DNA of 32,000 nucleotides, taken from sequence record MN954399.1. One strand, given 5' to 3'. Position numbers and translations under genes: made by a program. The DNA comes from Vibrio phage VPT02. The notes under the pieces are model-generated. The model ran no database searches. It worked only from the letters and a program-made list of their open reading frames with translations, and was not told the DNA's origin. Below are positions 26,475-32,000 of this stretch, one piece after another. The first letter of the stretch is position 1; each line of letters opens with the position of its first letter.

Positions 26475-28391
26475 ATGGCATTATTTATGGGCAGAAAGCC
26501 CTCAGATAACAGACCACTACTACATCTATCTAGCGGGAATGAGTCAGTCTCACAGCTAGACGGAGAACCGATAGCATCAACGCTATTCCACTCTGAGATA
26601 CCTTATTTAGCAGTATATGATGTGGTAACAATAACTAAATTCAGAAAGGTAAGATCAGAGAACACATCTTCGGGGTGGACTCATTATTATGAACCTATCA
26701 TACCTCAAGAAGTTTGGAACTATATAGATAATAGATATATAATGACAGCTTCTTTAGTCACACATCACCCAGACTATGTCAAACACCAAGTAATGGGTAG
26801 GGAGACAGACAAGCAGACCAGACCATACAATTTATTCGTAGGTAACTTCACGGGTAGCTTCCCTAATGGTATACCATACCCACAATCTCCAGTACCAAAT
26901 ACTGGTACTATCTGGAACTTATGGCAACCGTTAAGTCTATACAAACTAGCCGCAACACCAAAAAACAGAGACCAAGGTGTAGCTGTACACTATGATTATA
27001 ATGGTAAGTGGTCAGTTTCAGGACTACAGAAAGAAACTACTAGTGTATCTACTATGCGTACTATATATGCAACCCCTAATGTTTCTAAGTCGTCTAGAAG
27101 TACATCGGCTAACTATACCAATCAAAATAGAGATATAACTAAGCTATTTGGTATTAGAGGTGTAGGCTTACCTTTCATACGAAATAATAGCTCGTCAGCA
27201 CCTAGCACGGTTACATACTCAGCATCAAAACCTTCATACTATAACTGGAAATTGAAAGTTTATATATTTAATGTAAAATATAATGCTCAGAATAACGTCG
27301 AGCATGTTAGACCAAATATCAAAGATGGTATAAGAATCGACAATAAGGATATGGTTATTGGTGACCTATCTATGAAGAGTGGTATGCTTATCTCTGACCC
27401 TGAGCCAACTAAAAAGAAATTCAAAAATACAGATAATAATAAGAAGAAATCGTTTTTTGATAATATAGCTAAGAAATTAACTTTAGCTCAACTTACAGAC
27501 TACCCCTTCCCACTAGCAGATATTACTGTTCGTAGTAATAAAACTTGGAGTATAGAATCTGACTGGGCAGTATTACAAGTACATGCTCCATCACCATTGC
27601 TAGGATCTAATATATCGCTGGAATTCAGTGCTGACGAGATTAAGTATAAAGGAAGTAAGGGGGAGTTCTTAATAGCATCTAAGGCTAGAAAATATACACC
27701 TTACATCCTCGGAGGAGATAGTGCTATCACGGCGGTATTCCCGGCAGAAACAAAAACATTTGCTCAACTAAGGCAAGGTACACGGTTTGTTAAGACTAAT
27801 ATACCTGTACAAGGTTACGTAAGGGCTGTATATAACCCCAATGAGATTGGTAACTATGAGAAGGAGGTAGTTAAACAGAGAATCAAACTACCACCCGGCA
27901 CGACATCCAAGAATACTGTAACTGCACATATATCTCCTCTATACTTGCACGGGGAGGCGAGCAGCACGCTTGGCAGTAAAAAGTCCAAGATGCAGGTAAG
28001 CCTAAACGGGTTTGCAGGGTTCTCTAACCTAACACTAGAGACCTTTGAAAAAAGTGAACCTAATAAGGAAGTTATAGTAGGTAATGTAGCATATAGTGTA
28101 ATCAAGGATGTATCCTTATCAAGACATAGTGAAGGTAGAATAGGCTCCTCATATTGGCCACAGAGTTCTACGGCAAATAAAATGCAGGCTATAAGAATCC
28201 AGTATAAGGTACGGGTAAACTGGGCAAGAAACGAACTAGAACTAGTAGGATATTACAAGCTAACTAATGCACAGATTAGGGCAAATGAAGGAGGTAACTG
28301 GAATACTTACTACAACAAGTTGGGTGAGCGGGATGTTACATACAGAATACCAGAAGTTCGTTTCGGGTTCTATGTAACGGGTACGGCATAA
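26475..28391 (+). CDS. Large protein of unknown function (638 aa), the only credible plus-strand gene in the window
   Basis: Long intact ORF with consensus promoter, AAGGAGG Shine-Dalgarno 7 nt before ATG and a downstream intrinsic terminator. The sequence is Ser/Thr/Tyr/Asn-rich; no family recognised and no obvious signal peptide. Confidence 0.85.
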   Translation: MALFMGRKPSDNRPLLHLSSGNESVSQLDGEPIASTLFHSEIPYLAVYDVVTITKFRKVRSENTSSGWTHYYEPIIPQEVWNYIDNRYIMTASLVTHHPDYVKHQVMGRETDKQTRPYNLFVGNFTGSFPNGIPYPQSPVPNTGTIWNLWQPLSLYKLAATPKNRDQGVAVHYDYNGKWSVSGLQKETTSVSTMRTIYATPNVSKSSRSTSANYTNQNRDITKLFGIRGVGLPFIRNNSSSAPSTVTYSASKPSYYNWKLKVYIFNVKYNAQNNVEHVRPNIKDGIRIDNKDMVIGDLSMKSGMLISDPEPTKKKFKNTDNNKKKSFFDNIAKKLTLAQLTDYPFPLADITVRSNKTWSIESDWAVLQVHAPSPLLGSNISLEFSADEIKYKGSKGEFLIASKARKYTPYILGGDSAITAVFPAETKTFAQLRQGTRFVKTNIPVQGYVRAVYNPNEIGNYEKEVVKQRIKLPPGTTSKNTVTAHISPLYLHGEASSTLGSKKSKMQVSLNGFAGFSNLTLETFEKSEPNKEVIVGNVAYSVIKDVSLSRHSEGRIGSSYWPQSSTANKMQAIRIQYKVRVNWARNELELVGYYKLTNAQIRANEGGNWNTYYNKLGERDVTYRIPEVRFGFYVTGTA

Positions 28392-28424
28392 TTTTAAAAA
28401 ATTAAAATTTAATTTTCGGCAAAT

Positions 28425-28455
28425 CAGACTATGTTTTCGGCATAGTCTGTTTTTG
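28425..28455 (+). terminator. Intrinsic terminator for the 638 aa gene
   Basis: CAGACTATG-TTTTCGG-CATAGTCTG (perfect 9-bp stem, 28425..28449) followed by TTTTTG. Confidence 0.88.
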
Positions 28456-28504
28456 TTTATATAGCACCTTAGTCATTTTCTGAAATTTTTAAAATAGTTA
28501 CGTG

Positions 28505-28588
28505 ATAGGGGGTGTACCCCCATAGCCAAATGAGAACTAGTCTCATTACCGCCCCCTATATGATAATGGCTCTCATTTGAGAGCCATT
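28505..28588. other. Cluster of nested/adjacent inverted repeats in the intergenic region
   Basis: GGGGG-TGTA-CCCCC (28508..28521); AATGAGA-ACTAG-TCTCATT (28529..28547); alternative outer pairing ATAGGGGG (28505..28512) with CCCCCTAT (28552..28559); AATGGCTCTCA-TT-TGAGAGCCATT (28565..28588). Confidence 0.7.
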
Positions 28589-28612
28589 CTTATTTGTACA
28601 GCTTTTCTTTGA

Positions 28613-29251
28613 TTATTGAGCTAAAAGCTCATCAATCCATTCCGGCTTGCAAATCACGTCTTGAGTTGAGCATTCATCTATTAGGTCTTGAATCAACTCG
28701 GCGGTGTCTTGTTCACCTTGGCGGTAAATGTCTGCCCATTGCATCTGTAACAGCTCATTCATCAATTTGGCATCGGTAGCTGTAACACCTTTTAATTGAT
28801 TAGCCATTTCTAATATACCGTCGTGGTCGTCAAAGAAACACCACTCAGTAACTTGAGGCATACTAGCAAACAAGTGATTAAACCATTCATGCTTGTATGG
28901 CGCGTCTGACATTGCACTGATACGGGCTGCATTGCCTTCACCAAATACACGCGGCAACTGGTCACGGCTGCAAACGATAGGCGCACGTAGTTTGTTTTTG
29001 CGTAGGTAAACATAATCATGGTTAAGCATGAATCGTGCGGTGAGAATGATTACTAATTCGCCTTGCTCAATTAGTTGTTGCATATATCCGGCAAGTGGTA
29101 AGAGCGTATCATCTGCGACTTTCTCAGGTGTGCAAGCCTCTTTAATGTATTTGTCAAGGTTTAAGTTGCCTTGTGAATCTAGGCAAGGCTCAACACGGTG
29201 GAATGAATCAATTGTTGTGCCGTCAAGGTCGAATACATATGCTTTTTTCAT
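28613..29251 (-). CDS. HAD-superfamily phosphatase / 5'-nucleotidase-like protein
   Basis: 212 aa from ATG at 29251 (MKKAYVFDLDGTTIDSFHR...). HAD motif I DLDGT; 'VIILTARF' motif II context; 'WCFFDDHDGIL' late acidic motif. Confidence 0.85.
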   Translation of the reverse strand: MKKAYVFDLDGTTIDSFHRVEPCLDSQGNLNLDKYIKEACTPEKVADDTLLPLAGYMQQLIEQGELVIILTARFMLNHDYVYLRKNKLRAPIVCSRDQLPRVFGEGNAARISAMSDAPYKHEWFNHLFASMPQVTEWCFFDDHDGILEMANQLKGVTATDAKLMNELLQMQWADIYRQGEQDTAELIQDLIDECSTQDVICKPEWIDELLAQ

Positions 29252-29288
29252 GAATAAAATCTCCAAATATGGGTAAGTTGTAAAGTGT

Positions 29289-29313
29289 GACGGGCGTCAC
29301 ATTTGCGCCCGTC
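29289..29313. other. GC-rich intergenic hairpin
   Basis: GACGGGCG-TCACATTTG-CGCCCGTC, 8-bp perfect stem, no T-run on the minus strand. Confidence 0.6.
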
Positions 29314-29331
29314 GAGCCGTTAGGCTAAGGA

Positions 29332-30987
29332 TTAGTATTGTTGTTCGCCAATCAAGTACATAGGAATAAGTTGACAAGTTGAGTTCGGGTAAACAATAGC
29401 GTTCGCTCTGTCCCAAGTTGTACCGCCTTTGTTGTAACCCATTTCCATACTACCAGTTACACCGACAACAATATTGTTGTTATCTTCGAATGGTGAGTGT
29501 GTATGTCCTGTGATGGTTTTGATTCGCATTTTCTTAAAGCTGACAGCCGAACCACGTGCCCCACCTGTACCGACATGGCCGTGCATTGAAATATCATAAC
29601 CATACGCTAGCTTTTGTTCGTCAATTTTGCCGAACTCGATATTCTCGCTCAGTTCTGGCAATTGGTCGGCTAGGGCTGCGAAAGCTAAATCCATTTTCGC
29701 TAGGTCGTTAAATGTGCCGTTGTCCATTGCTTCAATATAAGCAAGCATTAGGGCATGATATGTACGGGCGTTTTTCGGGTCTTTTCGTACATCGAATTTA
29801 TTATCACGTAGCCACGAATCAAGGGCTAAATCATGGTTTGACTCAACAATAAAGACGGGCGCAATGTCAGCAAGTGCATTCAAGTGGTTGATTACATCGG
29901 TTAAATCTTCGATTACTGCACGGTCTTGCATCTGATACAAGAATGTCCAGTCCTCACGGTTGTGGTGGTTACGGCTCATAAAGTCTAGAGCATCATGCAC
30001 AACAATTAGTTTAGGATTTTGAGCGAATGCCCAATTTGTAGCACGACTAAATGAGTCGTCGCACATTTTTTCGCAATGCAAATCGCCTAGCACAATTACG
30101 GGCTGATTGTCAAATACATCATTGTAAGCTTTGATTGTACCGTCGGGGAAGTACACCGAACCGTTATCAACAATAACGCCGTTTTCGTCTGCTACTAATC
30201 GACGGTGATTAACCATGCCGTTAGTGACTTGAATCAGGATACCACCGAAACAGTGTTCTGCTTCTGCTTCTGCCCCTGCACGGCTGTCAGTGTAGTGTTT
30301 AAGCGTACAAACTGCCGTTGTATAAACCCAACGATGTGAGCCGTTTTTCTGGCGAGGTAGGGTTTTTGTTTGTCGTCTAGGGCTTGCAACTACTGTCATT
30401 GACTCGCCAGTATTTAGCTTTTCGGCTGCATTAATAGGTTGTTTTGCAGTCGGTAGAATTTGAGCACTGTTAGCCAATAAAACGTTACCTTCACCGCCCA
30501 ACCATGTATCAGTATAATCAAGTAAATGCTTTTTGATTTCTGCGTGGAAGCTAGGCTTTTTACGCTCCAAACCTTGCAACGTTGTTGTGTATTTAATTGG
30601 CATGATACCGAACTCAGCATCCAACGATTTAGCCATTGACAACAAAGTATTTAATACTGGGTGTGGGCGTGTATTGTTTTGGGCTGCTGTGATGATATAT
30701 AAACCATCGTCTAGGTTTTCATAATCACGCCCTTGCAAGCTACCTGCAAACGTTGGCTCAATATCTTCTTTCGCTTGCTGACTATGTGATTTTTTCTGCG
30801 TCTTGTTTACTGGTTTGTTATCGTCCAGAAACTCGATTAGCTTACTAGAATGCACATCAATTTTAAGAGCGTCACGGATTGAGATTGCAACCTCACGACG
30901 TTTTGAATCGAGGCGTTTGCCCCAAAAGTTCTCGCCTTTTGCTAGTTTAAGGATTTGCGCTTTGTTTTCTACTAATACTTTTGACAT
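29332..30987 (-). CDS. Calcineurin-like metallophosphoesterase
   Basis: 551 aa with 'VIVLGDLHCEK', 'FIVESNHDLALDSW', 'ISMHGHVGTGGARGS' and 'IKTITGHTHSPF', matching the metal-binding motif series of metallophosphoesterases. Long N-terminal region (~300 aa) of unknown function. Confidence 0.85.
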   Translation of the reverse strand: MSKVLVENKAQILKLAKGENFWGKRLDSKRREVAISIRDALKIDVHSSKLIEFLDDNKPVNKTQKKSHSQQAKEDIEPTFAGSLQGRDYENLDDGLYIITAAQNNTRPHPVLNTLLSMAKSLDAEFGIMPIKYTTTLQGLERKKPSFHAEIKKHLLDYTDTWLGGEGNVLLANSAQILPTAKQPINAAEKLNTGESMTVVASPRRQTKTLPRQKNGSHRWVYTTAVCTLKHYTDSRAGAEAEAEHCFGGILIQVTNGMVNHRRLVADENGVIVDNGSVYFPDGTIKAYNDVFDNQPVIVLGDLHCEKMCDDSFSRATNWAFAQNPKLIVVHDALDFMSRNHHNREDWTFLYQMQDRAVIEDLTDVINHLNALADIAPVFIVESNHDLALDSWLRDNKFDVRKDPKNARTYHALMLAYIEAMDNGTFNDLAKMDLAFAALADQLPELSENIEFGKIDEQKLAYGYDISMHGHVGTGGARGSAVSFKKMRIKTITGHTHSPFEDNNNIVVGVTGSMEMGYNKGGTTWDRANAIVYPNSTCQLIPMYLIGEQQY

Positions 30988-31015
30988 TGTTTATACTCCA
31001 CTATGGGGTTGGTTG

Positions 31016-31057
31016 AAATTTACAGTGTAAACTGTCCATCAATTTACACTGTAAATT
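31016..31057. repeat. 42-bp direct repeat copy A (double-dyad element)
   Basis: AAATTTACAGTGTAAACTGTCCATCAATTTACACTGTAAATT, identical to 31484..31525. Contains two TTTACA-N-TGTAAA dyads 24 bp apart centre-to-centre that also form a 16-bp inverted repeat (31016..31031 with 31043..31058). Confidence 0.9.
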
Positions 31058-31081
31058 TACGCCCTAGTTTAAGGGCGTAAA
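31056..31081. other. Hairpin abutting repeat copy A, terminator-like
   Basis: TTTACGCCCT-AGTTTA-AGGGCGTAAA (perfect 10-bp stem), just downstream of the stop of the 123 aa gene. Confidence 0.65.
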
Positions 31082-31088
31082 CCCGTTA

Positions 31089-31460
31089 TTAGCTAAATGC
31101 CTTTAGAACTTGAACCGGAAATTCACGTTCACCGCCACTAGTGACAATTGACATAATATTTTTACGCTCTGTTAGTTCAGTGATTTTTAACGCTTCACAT
31201 AACAGACTGAATACAGTTAGTTTTGCCGCTTTATTAGCATAAACTAATGAATCTAGCTCGCTAGGATTGAATAGCTTTTTACCACCGTGATTTTCAATTA
31301 AGTCAATAACGGTTTGCAGTGTCTTACTAGAAATACGGTCATTTTGACGCCAACCAAAACGCACGTTAATTAGTTTAGCTACTTTTTGCTGTAGCTCACT
31401 TTTTGCGTTACCTGCTTCTAATAGTGAACCTAGCGCAATGATTTGTGTTTGATTTGACAT
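31089..31460 (-). CDS. Hypothetical protein (123 aa)
   Basis: Intact ORF with ATG and upstream GGAG (ATTGGAGATAAAACCATG). Flanked on both sides by the 42-bp repeat. Confidence 0.7.
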   Translation of the reverse strand: MSNQTQIIALGSLLEAGNAKSELQQKVAKLINVRFGWRQNDRISSKTLQTVIDLIENHGGKKLFNPSELDSLVYANKAAKLTVFSLLCEALKITELTERKNIMSIVTSGGEREFPVQVLKAFS

Positions 31461-31483
31461 GGTTTTATCTCCAATTATGGGTT

Positions 31484-31525
31484 AAATTTACAGTGTAAAC
31501 TGTCCATCAATTTACACTGTAAATT
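31484..31525. repeat. 42-bp direct repeat copy B (double-dyad element)
   Basis: Same 42 nt as 31016..31057. Two TTTACA-N-TGTAAA dyads; 15-bp inverted repeat arms (31485..31499 and 31511..31525). Confidence 0.9.
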
Positions 31526-31546
31526 AGGGCTGATTTACAGCCCTAA
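31524..31546. other. Hairpin abutting repeat copy B, terminator-like
   Basis: TTAGGGCTG-ATTTA-CAGCCCTAA (perfect 9-bp stem), just downstream of the stop of the 147 aa gene. Confidence 0.65.
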
Positions 31547-31556
31547 TAATTAGGGG

Positions 31557-32000
31557 TTAAATGTCCAAACCACGGGCATTCTCGAATGCTTCACAAACCT
31601 TTTCTAAATCTGGTTCGTAATCTTTCGCACTTGCTGCCATAACGTCTGTAATACCGATTGCAGTCGAAACCGCTTCAAGGGCTGACATTTTGGCATTTTT
31701 GAGGCTGTCTAGGTCGTCAGCGTCTAAACCTAACGTGTGAGCTAGAGCACGAACATAGTGTTCTTTACGCACTGTGTTAGTTTTCGCAACACTTGCAACT
31801 GCGTCCGGTTTTTGGTAGATACCCATAACTGTTAGTTTTGAGCGAACCGCTTTACCTGACACGGCTTGAACTTCCTCGTGTGCTGCAATTGTGTCTAGAA
31901 AATCGTTGTGTGCTGCTGCTTCTTTACCGTCTGCTTCTAGTTTAGCATTGTAAAGTTCTGCTGCTTTTGCTGCTGATTCTTCTGTCCATTTCTTAGCCAT
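31557..32000 (-). CDS. Hypothetical protein, possibly a small DNA-binding protein; 5' end at the window edge
   Basis: 147 aa; ATG sits exactly at the edge (32000..31998), so an upstream start cannot be excluded. 'SGKAVRSKLTVMGIYQKP' resembles an HTH-like segment seen in small phage proteins. Confidence 0.6.
   Translation of the reverse strand: MAKKWTEESAAKAAELYNAKLEADGKEAAAHNDFLDTIAAHEEVQAVSGKAVRSKLTVMGIYQKPDAVASVAKTNTVRKEHYVRALAHTLGLDADDLDSLKNAKMSALEAVSTAIGITDVMAASAKDYEPDLEKVCEAFENARGLDI

Noticed and set aside
28500-28600. Possible CRISPR-like or tRNA-like element
   Set aside because: The hairpins are unequal, there is no regular repeat-spacer pattern, and I could not draw a cloverleaf with CCA/T-loop consensus.
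27854-29276. ORFs 27854..28105 (-), 28594..28779 (+), 28810..29019 (-), 29028..29276 (+)
   Set aside because: Each overlaps a well supported gene in an antisense or alternate frame.
31016-31525. 42-bp repeats as transposon or integrase att sites
   Set aside because: No transposase or integrase gene lies between or beside them. The copies flank a small gene with normal intergenic context, so a regulatory element is the simpler reading.
28456-32000. Compositional break suggesting recent acquisition of the 28.6-32 kb module
   Set aside because: Spot counts of single 60-nt rows gave similar G+C (about 42-43%) in both modules. A proper codon-usage calculation would be needed before claiming foreign origin.

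Overview
The window looks like part of a siphovirus-type tailed phage genome. A late/structural module covers about 1-26.4 kb and is almost entirely on the minus strand. Read in transcription order (right to left) it contains: small terminase candidate, large terminase, HNH endonuclease, HK97-type portal, prohead protease, HK97-type major capsid protein, head-tail connector and completion proteins, a tail-tube candidate with a C-terminal Ig-like domain, a two-ORF tail assembly chaperone (candidate +1 frameshift), a 252-256 aa protein of unknown role, the tape measure, tail-tip proteins, a J-like tail protein with six tandem 'YTWIKYAD' modules joined by collagen-like linkers, and a very long Ala/Ser/Lys-rich tail fibre that runs off the left edge and is absent from the supplied ORF track. 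One large gene of unknown function (26475..28391) lies alone on the plus strand. It has a consensus sigma70 promoter placed back-to-back with the terminase-operon promoter, and it has its own intrinsic terminator. From 28.6 to 32 kb is a second minus-strand block: a HAD phosphatase, a 551 aa calcineurin-like metallophosphoesterase and two small unknown ORFs. Its intergenic regions carry an exact 42-bp repeat made of two TTTACA-N-TGTAAA dyads. The best leads are the isolated plus-strand cassette, the repeated dyad element beside a possible T5 pre-early-like (dmp/A1-like) gene set, and the candidate UUU-C +1 frameshift in the tail chaperone. No tRNA, rRNA, CRISPR array or transposon was recognised.
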